Below are positions 30,283 through 38,005 of a DNA stretch of 64,000 nucleotides, piece after piece. Both the position numbers and the translations under genes were made by a program. The notes beneath the pieces were generated by a model. It saw only the letters and a list, made by a program, of their open reading frames with translations, did no database searches and was not told the origin of the DNA. Positions within the stretch are counted from its first letter, which is position 1; every line of letters begins with the position of its first letter. This DNA comes from an uncultured Gemmatimonadales bacterium. GTDB taxonomy: Bacteria > Gemmatimonadota > Gemmatimonadetes > Gemmatimonadales > GWC2-71-9. The DNA lies in contig CAVOGR010000001.1 in the NCBI GenBank assembly GCA_963695555.1, forward strand, positions 512,001-576,000, read 5' to 3'.

Positions 30283-32706
30283 ATGCAAATCCACCGGCTC
30301 CGCTTGCTGAACTTCCGGCAACACGAGGATACTCAGATTGCCTTCGGCGCCGGGCTCACGGGCATCGTCGGTCCGAACGGCTCCGGAAAGACCACCCTGC
30401 TCGAGGCCATTGCCTACGCTATCTACGGCACGCCAGCGGCGCGCGGTACGCGAGACTCGCTCCGTCGCCGGGGGGCGCCGCCACGGTCTTCGGTTCGAGT
30501 CGAGCTGGACTTCACACTCGGCCCGCATGAGTACCGGGTCATCCGAGGCCTGAACACCGCAGAGCTCTATCAGGACGGCGAGCCCGCGCCGATTGCAAAC
30601 TCGATCGGCACGGTGACGGAGAAACTGACCCGGTGCCTCGGGATGACGCGGGAGGAGTTCTTCAACACCTACTTCACCGGGCAGAAGGAACTGGCCGTCA
30701 TGGCCGCGATGTCGGCCCCGGATCGCGCCCGGTTCTTGTCCCGTGTGCTGGGCTACGAGCGGCTGAAGATGGCGCAGGACCGGCTCAAGGTGACACGATC
30801 GGGCCTCAAGGCCCGGCATGAATTGCTCGAGGCAGGACTCCGCGACACTGCGGAGCTGGATGCCGAGGATGATCAGGCGCAGGCAAGACGAACGGCCGCC
30901 AAGAAGGCGCTGATCGAATCGGAGAGCCAAGCCACCAAGGCCGAAGCGCATCTGACCGACATGATGCCACGGTGGGAGACGGTCCAGAAGCTCCGGGAGA
31001 CGGTGTTGTCCTTGGACGGCGAGCGCCGCGTTGCCGAACATCATGTCGACGCTGCCCGCGAAAAGTTCAGCGTGCTCGACCGGCAGTTGATCGAGGCACT
31101 CGCCGCGCGAGAGAAATTGACTGATCTCACGCGGCAACTCGACGTGCTCGGCCCACTGGGGACCGAGCTCGAGGCGCTCAATCAACAGGCGGACCGCTTC
31201 GCCGCCCGCAAGGGCTACGAAGCGCAGCGCCAGGACAATCAGGCCCGGCTCGAGCGCGTGCGGGAGCGGCTCGGACGCATTCCCCCGCCGGAAACCCTCG
31301 AGGCCGCTGGGCGCCGCGTCGAAGAACTGAAAGTTGCAGGTCAAAGCGCAACGGCCGAGGCCGAGTCCAAGCGGACCGTGTGGGTTCGTGACGCCCAGGA
31401 AGCCCAGACCAAGCGCCAGACCCTGCTCGATCAGTACAAGGATGTGACCGAGCAGCGGGAGCGTATTCTCGAAGCGGGTGCCGAGGGTGCCTGTCCCACA
31501 TGTTCGCGGCCGCTTGGCCAGGACTATGAAGTGGTGTTGGGACTACTCGATCGGCAACTCGAGGCCATTCGAAACAACGGCAATTTCTACCGGCAGCGGA
31601 TCGAGCAGCTCGCCGACGTCCCGACGGATGTCCAAGAGGCCGAGCAGCGTCGAGATGCCCTTGAACGAGAGGCGTCCGATGCCAAGGTCGAGGTCCAGCG
31701 ATTGGCGGACCTGGTCGACGAACTCCCGGTCCTCACCAAGGAGCGGGAGGCGCTCGAGGTGAAGATGGCTGAGGTCAAGGCGCTGCTGGACTCGTCCCCG
31801 ACCGTGTACGATCACGAACGCCACCAGGCCGTGCGCGATCAGTTGAAAGCCCTCGAGCCCGTCGCTCTCGAAGCGGAGCGCATGAAGGTGACGGCGGAAC
31901 GTGCGGAAGGCCTGGTTGTCGAAGCGGAGCAGGCGGAGCGGGAGCTGAGCCAGCGTGAGACGGAATTCAAGGAGCTGACGGAGCGGCTTGCGGGTCTCGG
32001 GTTCAAGGAGGCCGACTACGCGGCAACACAAGCCGCGCTGGACGCGGCGCGAACACGGCGCCACGAGGCGGAGAAAGATGTGGTCCGCACACGGACGGAG
32101 CTGGCGGCCGCGGAAGAGGCTGTCGCAGCCGTCGAGCGGCGCCGGCGCGAGCGAGCCGAGCTCAGCCTCCGCGCCAAGCAGGCGGCTGCCGATCTTCTGC
32201 TCTACCAAGAGCTCGACCGCGCCCTGACCGATCTTCGCACCGATCTCAACGCCACACTCCGGCCGGAGCTGTCAGACCTGGCCTCGGTGTTCCTGCGAGA
32301 GCTGACCAATGGTCGGTATTCGGACTTGGAGCTCGACGAAGACTATGTGGCGACGATCCTGGAAGATGGCGAGGCCAAGCGCGTCATCTCGGGCGGGGAA
32401 GAGGACGTGGCCAACTTGGCGCTCCGCTTGGCGATCAGTCAGATGATCGCCGAGCGCGCGGGTCAACCACTCTCGCTCCTGGTGTTGGACGAAATCTTCG
32501 GCTCGCTCGACGAGGAACGACGCGCGGCCGTCGTCGAGCTTCTGCGGGGCCTGGCCGACCGGTTCCCGCAGGTCATCCTCATCACGCACATCGAATCGGT
32601 CAACGAAGGATTCGATCGCGTGATTCGGGTCGAGTTCGATGCGTCACGGGGCGTGTCGGTCGTGAGGGAACCCGCCGCCGAGGAGTTGGCCCATGCCGCG
32701 GCCTAA
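30283..32706 (+). CDS. sbcC: Rad50/SbcC SMC-family ATPase with zinc hook
   Basis: GPNGSGKTT, Q-loop, long coiled coils with central CPTC, signature ISGGE, LDEIFGSLD, LITH. Confidence 0.95.
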   Translation: MQIHRLRLLNFRQHEDTQIAFGAGLTGIVGPNGSGKTTLLEAIAYAIYGTPAARGTRDSLRRRGAPPRSSVRVELDFTLGPHEYRVIRGLNTAELYQDGEPAPIANSIGTVTEKLTRCLGMTREEFFNTYFTGQKELAVMAAMSAPDRARFLSRVLGYERLKMAQDRLKVTRSGLKARHELLEAGLRDTAELDAEDDQAQARRTAAKKALIESESQATKAEAHLTDMMPRWETVQKLRETVLSLDGERRVAEHHVDAAREKFSVLDRQLIEALAAREKLTDLTRQLDVLGPLGTELEALNQQADRFAARKGYEAQRQDNQARLERVRERLGRIPPPETLEAAGRRVEELKVAGQSATAEAESKRTVWVRDAQEAQTKRQTLLDQYKDVTEQRERILEAGAEGACPTCSRPLGQDYEVVLGLLDRQLEAIRNNGNFYRQRIEQLADVPTDVQEAEQRRDALEREASDAKVEVQRLADLVDELPVLTKEREALEVKMAEVKALLDSSPTVYDHERHQAVRDQLKALEPVALEAERMKVTAERAEGLVVEAEQAERELSQRETEFKELTERLAGLGFKEADYAATQAALDAARTRRHEAEKDVVRTRTELAAAEEAVAAVERRRRERAELSLRAKQAAADLLLYQELDRALTDLRTDLNATLRPELSDLASVFLRELTNGRYSDLELDEDYVATILEDGEAKRVISGGEEDVANLALRLAISQMIAERAGQPLSLLVLDEIFGSLDEERRAAVVELLRGLADRFPQVILITHIESVNEGFDRVIRVEFDASRGVSVVREPAAEELAHAAA

Positions 32707-33655
32707 GCGGCAGCTCGTGCAGGGGCCCGGTCCAGCGACGGTGGCCGACATTGAGCCCTTGAATGATCTGTTCTCGCGCTCGTTTACCGACCGATACCGG
32801 CGCGATGGGATGGCCGGCGTGCGCGTCCCGCGTCTCAATCCCGAGATCTGGCGTTATGCGATCGAGGACGCTGCCGACGGTGCCATGCTATGGCGCGACG
32901 CCGGCGGGCAGATTATCGCGTTCAATGTGGTCCACCGGTCGGGCTCCGAGGGGTGGATGGGACCCTTGGCGGTGCGTCCGGACCGCCAGAGTGAAGGGCT
33001 CGGCAAGCAAATCGTGCAAGCGGGAATCGATTGGCTCATGCGGCAGCGGGTTTCGACCATCGGGTTGGAGACCATGCCGCGAACCGTCGAAAACATCGGT
33101 TTCTACAGCCGCCTCGGCTTCATCCCCGGCCATCTGACCATCACGGTGGTCCGGGACGTGGTGCGGCGCCAGCGGGCGCCGGGAGTGTTGTTATCGTCGC
33201 TTGGTAAGCGCGAGGAGGCGGTGGTGTCCGAATGTCGCCGCCTGACCAACTCGCTTGCCCGCGGGACCGATTACACCCGTGAGATCGAATTGACCGCCCG
33301 GCTCGGCATCGGGGATACGTCCGTCGTAACCCGTGAGGGTGCCGTCACCGGGTACGCCCTGTGGCATTCGGCGCCGCTCGCTGAAGGTCGCGCTCGCGAC
33401 GAGTTGCGGGTGCTCAAGGTGGTCGCCGCAGACCTTGCGGTGTTCGAACAGCTCGTCGTTGACGTGCAGGCCCGTTGTCATGCCGCCCGTATGCGGCGCG
33501 TCAGCATTCGCTGCCCATCCCGGTATGCCGACGCATACCGGCTGGTATTCGATCATGGATTCCAGACACACTGGACCGACTTGCGGATGACGCTGGAATC
33601 GTACGGCGAAGTCCTGCCGCGGACGGGGGTCGTGTTTTCCAATTGGGAGATCTGA
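32693..33655 (+). CDS. GNAT-family N-acetyltransferase (likely two-domain)
   Basis: GPLAVRPDRQSEGLGK acetyl-CoA motif, NIGFYSRLGF; overlaps the sbcC stop by 14 nt. Confidence 0.85.
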   Translation: MPRPKRQLVQGPGPATVADIEPLNDLFSRSFTDRYRRDGMAGVRVPRLNPEIWRYAIEDAADGAMLWRDAGGQIIAFNVVHRSGSEGWMGPLAVRPDRQSEGLGKQIVQAGIDWLMRQRVSTIGLETMPRTVENIGFYSRLGFIPGHLTITVVRDVVRRQRAPGVLLSSLGKREEAVVSECRRLTNSLARGTDYTREIELTARLGIGDTSVVTREGAVTGYALWHSAPLAEGRARDELRVLKVVAADLAVFEQLVVDVQARCHAARMRRVSIRCPSRYADAYRLVFDHGFQTHWTDLRMTLESYGEVLPRTGVVFSNWEI

Positions 33656-33659
33656 CGCG

Positions 33660-33806
33660 TCACGCGCGCAGGGCCCACCATCGGACCAGGAGTACGGCGC
33701 CAAGGGCAAGCAGGAGATGCACGGCGCCGATCCCGACTGGCACGACGAAGCCAACCACGACCCACGCCGCAAGGCAGACGAGAGCAATCGCGAGTGTCGC
33801 ATTCAT
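33660..33806 (-). CDS. 48-aa two-helix membrane protein (lmo0937/DUF5670-like)
   Basis: Manual translation MNATLAIALVCLAAWVVVGFVVPVGIGAVHLLLALGAVLLVRWWALRA; G-x-x-H-L-L-L pattern. Below the ORF-track length cutoff. Confidence 0.7.
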   Translation of the reverse strand: MNATLAIALVCLAAWVVVGFVVPVGIGAVHLLLALGAVLLVRWWALRA

Positions 33807-33827
33807 AGGACAGTCCGAGTGATGTTA

Positions 33828-33856
33828 TTGACGCGTTGCCACCCGGGTCATATCTT
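33828..33856 (+). promoter_or_regulatory. Sigma70 promoter of the 6S-like RNA
   Basis: TTGACG 33828-33833, 17-bp spacer, TATCTT 33851-33856. Confidence 0.7.
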
Positions 33857-33861
33857 AGTTT

Positions 33862-34024
33862 GTCAGAACGGTAATGGGGAGACACAATTATTGAGCCAAC
33901 AGTCCGATCGCGGGCCCGAATACCGAGGTTGATGTCATGCCCCTACGGGGGAAGGCAGATGTCTAGGCGAGGGTGCCAAGCAATTCGATCCGGGCTTCAA
34001 TAATCCTCTTCGTTGCCGTTCGAC
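33862..34024 (+). ncRNA. ssrS: 6S RNA-like structured ncRNA (about 163 nt)
   Basis: Long rod with closing stems 33866-33881/34006-34021 (G-U rich) and 33887-33897/33993-34004, central bubble, apical CCCC-UACG-GGGG; own promoter and terminator. Confidence 0.75.
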
Positions 34025-34030
34025 CAGATT

Positions 34031-34059
34031 GCGCCGATCGTCCTGGTCGGCGCTTTTTG
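34031..34059 (+). terminator. Rho-independent terminator
   Basis: GCGCCGATC-GTCCT-GGTCGGCGC followed by TTTTTG. Confidence 0.85.
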
Positions 34060-34097
34060 TTCGTATCGTATCCACATTCTCATTCCAGCGAGGCGCG

Positions 34098-34511
34098 ATG
34101 CCGACCTGCACCGTAACGCGCCGAGTGCACTTCAATGCCGCGCACCGGCTCCATAACCCCGCGCAGTCCGACGAGTGGAACCGGAAGACGTTCGGCGCGT
34201 GTAACAATCCGAATTATCATGGACACAACTACGAGCTCGAGATAACGGTCGGGGGGGACATCGACCCTGCAACCGGCTATGTCCTCGATATCAGCGTGCT
34301 CAAAGCCATTGTCGATGAGCGGGTTGCTCAGGTCCTCGACCACAAGAATCTCAATTTGGACGTCCCCTGGTTCCGGGACCATATTCCATCCGCGGAAAAC
34401 ATTGCAGTGTTCTGCTGGGATCAGATCGCGCCCCGGCTTCCGGCCGGGCATTTGGTCCGAGTGCGACTCTGGGAAACCCCGAGGAACTATGTCGATTATC
34501 GAGGAGCGTGA
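34098..34511 (+). CDS. 6-pyruvoyl-tetrahydropterin synthase family (PTPS-II-type motif)
   Basis: [37 protein letters not shown]. Confidence 0.92.
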   Translation: MPTCTVTRRVHFNAAHRLHNPAQSDEWNRKTFGACNNPNYHGHNYELEITVGGDIDPATGYVLDISVLKAIVDERVAQVLDHKNLNLDVPWFRDHIPSAENIAVFCWDQIAPRLPAGHLVRVRLWETPRNYVDYRGA

Positions 34512-35094
34512 GCGCAAGACCTCCATGCCGCTGCCCATCTCGGAACACGTGCACCAGATGATCCTGGCGTTGGGTGAGGATCCACAGCGCCCGGGTCTCC
34601 TGAAGACCCCGGAGCGGGTCGATGCCGCGTTACGCTGGCTGACGCAGGGCTACACCATGTCCGTGGCCGACGCGGTGGGAGACGCGGTGTTCGAGGAGGC
34701 GCACGAAAGCATGATCATGGTGCGCGACATCGAGCTGTACTCACTCTGCGAACATCACATGCTGCCGTTCTTCGGCCGCGCCCATGTGGCCTATGTCCCC
34801 AACGGACGCATCGTCGGACTCTCCAAACTGCCACGGTTGGTGGACATCTTCGCCCGCCGGCTCCAGGTCCAGGAACGGATGACCGACCAGATCGCCGATG
34901 CCCTCATGGGCGTGCTCAATCCGCGCGGCGTCGGCGTGGTCATCGAAGCCGCCCACCTCTGCATGATGATGCGGGGCGTCCAGAAGCAGAATTCCAAGAC
35001 CGTGACCAGCGCCATGCGCGGCATCTTCAGGGACGATCCCAAGACCCGAGAGGAGTTTCTGAGCCTGGCCCACGGGGGCATCTTCAGCGAGTGA
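34489..35094 (+). CDS. folE: GTP cyclohydrolase I
   Basis: [41 protein letters not shown]. Confidence 0.97.
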   Translation: MSIIEERERKTSMPLPISEHVHQMILALGEDPQRPGLLKTPERVDAALRWLTQGYTMSVADAVGDAVFEEAHESMIMVRDIELYSLCEHHMLPFFGRAHVAYVPNGRIVGLSKLPRLVDIFARRLQVQERMTDQIADALMGVLNPRGVGVVIEAAHLCMMMRGVQKQNSKTVTSAMRGIFRDDPKTREEFLSLAHGGIFSE

Positions 35095-35783
35095 GCGACC
35101 TGACCAACCGGATGGCCGTGGTGACCGGCGCATCCCGCGGGATCGGTGCCGCGACCGCCCAGCTCCTCCGGGCTCGGGGCGCGCGGGTCGTCGGCCTCGC
35201 TCGCTCCCTGACCCCCCGGCTGGACGAACAGTGTTGGGATGTGCCGTGTGACCTGACCGATGCCGGTGCGCTCGCTCGAGCCGCTCAGGCCGTGCTCCAC
35301 GACTGGGGCGCGCCAGACATCCTGGTGAGCAACGCCGGGGCCTTCCTCCTCCGGCCCTTCGAGGACACGCGGCCGGAGGATCTCGAGACCCAGATCGCCA
35401 CCAACCTGCGGGTGCCGTTCGCGGTGGCCCAGGCCTTCCTGCCCGCCATGCGCCGCGCGGGAGGCGTTGTGATCCACGTTGGGAGCGTTGCGGACCATGT
35501 GGGGTTTCCCGAGAACGCCGCCTACGCCGCCTCCAAGTTCGCCCTCCGTGGGCTTCACGAAACGCTGGTCGCCGAGTATCGGGGCAGCGGCATTCGGTTC
35601 TGCCTGGTGTCTCCGGGGCCAACCGATACCGCCGCGTGGGACCCGGTCGATCCGGATCACCGCGACGGGTTCATCCCGCGTGCCCGCATGCTCCGCCCGG
35701 ACGATGTCGCCGAGGCGATCGCCTTCGTCGCCGCCCGGCCCCCCCACGTGCAGGTCGACTGGCTCCGACTCGGCCCGGCTTGA
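35091..35783 (+). CDS. SDR family oxidoreductase
   Basis: [20 protein letters not shown] overlap with folE. Confidence 0.93.
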   Translation: MSDLTNRMAVVTGASRGIGAATAQLLRARGARVVGLARSLTPRLDEQCWDVPCDLTDAGALARAAQAVLHDWGAPDILVSNAGAFLLRPFEDTRPEDLETQIATNLRVPFAVAQAFLPAMRRAGGVVIHVGSVADHVGFPENAAYAASKFALRGLHETLVAEYRGSGIRFCLVSPGPTDTAAWDPVDPDHRDGFIPRARMLRPDDVAEAIAFVAARPPHVQVDWLRLGPA

Positions 35784-35814
35784 CCATGCGCCCGCACCCA
35801 TGTTGAATGGAACC

Positions 35815-37380
35815 ATGAAACCCCTCGCCGTCCTCGGCCTGCTCGTCTCCCTGGCGGCTCAGGCCCAGTCCCAGGCCTCACTTCCCGCGCTGCCGGACCC
35901 GGACGGGTTCGGTCTCCACGTGCTGGAGGTCGCAACCGATCCTCGTAACGGCGTCTGGGTCGGGACCTATGGGCACGGGATCTACGCGCTGCGGCCCGGC
36001 TCCACTGAGTGGGAAGCGATCCGCCACGATACCACGGCGACGTCCATCTCGTGGGATTTCGTGCACGCGATCGCCTTTGGGCCCCGGGGACAGATTTGGT
36101 ACGGCACGATCGGTAATGGCTGGGGACTGTCACTCGACGGCGGCAAGACCTGGCGGAACTGGACCTTTCAAGAACTCGGTCCGGAGTGGCAGTATGTTGC
36201 TCCGTCGGGAATCGTTACCTCCGGTGATACGACGTGGGTAGCAACCGCCGACGGCATTCAGTTCACGACCAACGACGGGACCTCGTGGACCGCCATCGTG
36301 GATTCCACAGGACCCGTCTCACTTGGGCCCGCCGACACCGCGCTCAGGCTCCTGCCCAATGAATACGTGCAACGCATATCGGCGACGCGGCGCGGCCTCG
36401 TCATCTCGGCGCTCGGGGGCAACGTCCGCCTGCGGCGCGGACGAGCGGGGGAGTGGCAATCTCAGCGCCTCTCGTTTGCACCGTTTGCTCCGCTCAACGG
36501 TGCCCTGATCGGTGGCGCCCTGATCAAAGGGCGCCCGTGCGGACTCCGCCCCGCTGCCGACACGGTGCCGTGTATCAATCGTAGAGCGCCGTCCGCCGGA
36601 ACGCCCCGGTGGCCCCAGACGAACTGGTTCATCCGACCGATCGCGCCGGAATACAACGATAAGATCGATCAGACCTACCGGTACGGGTCGACCATGGGCG
36701 GCAACTTCCAGGAACACCAGGGCGTCGAATTCAACGACCCCGACGGCACACCGGTCCGTGCCATCGGCTCCGGGGTCGTGGCCTATGCCGGGCCGGCGGA
36801 GGCAGGCGCGCTCACGGTTGCCATCCGACACGACACGACGCTGAGCGCCGATCGTGCGCGCCGCCACATCTTCTCGACTTACTATCACAACTCGGAGCTT
36901 CGCGTGCGGGGAGGACAGCGGGTGAGCGCCGGAGACGTGATTGCCATGGTCGGAAACACCGGCCGGGCCACCAACGACCATCTCCATCTGGAAATCCATG
37001 CGGCCCCGACCACGGATGTCCGATCAATCGTCGACTCCCTCGAGCGTTTCCCGGCCTTCACCACCAATCCCGAACTCTGGTTGAAGCCGCTGCCGGGAAC
37101 GGGCACTGTTGCCGGGCAGGTGTTGGACCACGCCGGCCGGTTGGTAGCCCAGGCCCGCATTTACGGCATCGTGAAGCTGGAGCCGCCGGAGACGCCGCTA
37201 TCCTTTGTGGAGACCTACGGCACCCACGCGCACCCCCATCCACTGTATCTCGAGAACTTCGCGATCGGTGATGTGCCGGAAGGGACCTACGTCCTGGGGA
37301 CCGAGATAGCGGGCCGTCAGGTCTACCGTGAGGTTGTGGTCGAGGCCGGGAAACTGACCTGGGTCGTGTTCAAGCCCTAG
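35815..37380 (+). CDS. Secreted M23 peptidase-domain protein with N-terminal beta-propeller/BNR repeats
   Basis: Signal peptide, VWVGTYG, SLDGGKTW, HQGVE, VGNTG..T..HLHLEI. Confidence 0.85.
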   Translation: MKPLAVLGLLVSLAAQAQSQASLPALPDPDGFGLHVLEVATDPRNGVWVGTYGHGIYALRPGSTEWEAIRHDTTATSISWDFVHAIAFGPRGQIWYGTIGNGWGLSLDGGKTWRNWTFQELGPEWQYVAPSGIVTSGDTTWVATADGIQFTTNDGTSWTAIVDSTGPVSLGPADTALRLLPNEYVQRISATRRGLVISALGGNVRLRRGRAGEWQSQRLSFAPFAPLNGALIGGALIKGRPCGLRPAADTVPCINRRAPSAGTPRWPQTNWFIRPIAPEYNDKIDQTYRYGSTMGGNFQEHQGVEFNDPDGTPVRAIGSGVVAYAGPAEAGALTVAIRHDTTLSADRARRHIFSTYYHNSELRVRGGQRVSAGDVIAMVGNTGRATNDHLHLEIHAAPTTDVRSIVDSLERFPAFTTNPELWLKPLPGTGTVAGQVLDHAGRLVAQARIYGIVKLEPPETPLSFVETYGTHAHPHPLYLENFAIGDVPEGTYVLGTEIAGRQVYREVVVEAGKLTWVVFKP

Positions 37381-37413
37381 GCTGCGAGCAGCCGCTGCCT
37401 GGTCGAGACCGCT

Positions 37414-37998
37414 CTGTTCATCGAACTCACTGACTTACTGCGCTGCCCGGCGGACCATGCCGAGCAATTCCTCGTGCTGCTTCCGGACACGATGGCCGAG
37501 CGGTCGGTCCAATCCGGACGCCTCGGCTGCCCGGTGTGTGGCAAGACCTACGCAATTGCGGATGGCGTGGCCCGTTTCGATGCACCGCCACCCGTCGCCG
37601 TGACCGACTCCGTGCTGACCACCACGGCGCTCGAGGCTCTGGTAGGGCTGTCCGGCCCTGGGGGGTATGTGGCGCTGGTCGGCGTGGCTGACGCCCTCTG
37701 CCGCGGTCTCGCGGATCGGATCGATGGGGTGCACCTGGCCAGCATCAATCCGCCCGTGCACTCCCGGGAGACGCCGGCGATCAGCGTCCTCGAAGCCATT
37801 TCCATTCCGCTCAAGTCGCGCTCGGTTCGGGCTGTGGTCCTCGGCTCAGGCTACGCCGCCGAGCCCCACTGGCTCGCGGAGGCCCGGCGGGTGCTGCTGC
37901 CCGGGCTCCGGGTGGTGGGTGAAGGGCCCGTTCCGACCGTTGGGGGCCTCGAGGTGATTGCGAGCGCCGGAGGCGTCTGGGTGGGGCTTCCGACCTGA
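37414..37998 (+). CDS. Trm112-like zinc-knuckle plus degenerate methyltransferase-like protein
   Basis: In-frame extension LFIELTDLLRCPADH...GRLGCPVCGKTYAIADGV; C-terminal EARRVLLPG. Probable CTG start at 37414. Confidence 0.6.
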   Translation: MFIELTDLLRCPADHAEQFLVLLPDTMAERSVQSGRLGCPVCGKTYAIADGVARFDAPPPVAVTDSVLTTTALEALVGLSGPGGYVALVGVADALCRGLADRIDGVHLASINPPVHSRETPAISVLEAISIPLKSRSVRAVVLGSGYAAEPHWLAEARRVLLPGLRVVGEGPVPTVGGLEVIASAGGVWVGLPT

Positions 37999-38005
37999 CC
38001 GGCCG

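Noticed and set aside
33717..33932. 71-aa plus-strand ORF with an AGGAG-like RBS
   Set aside because: Overlaps the better-supported minus-strand microprotein, the ncRNA promoter and the 5' arm of the structured RNA; the apparent RBS is the antisense of Leu codons.
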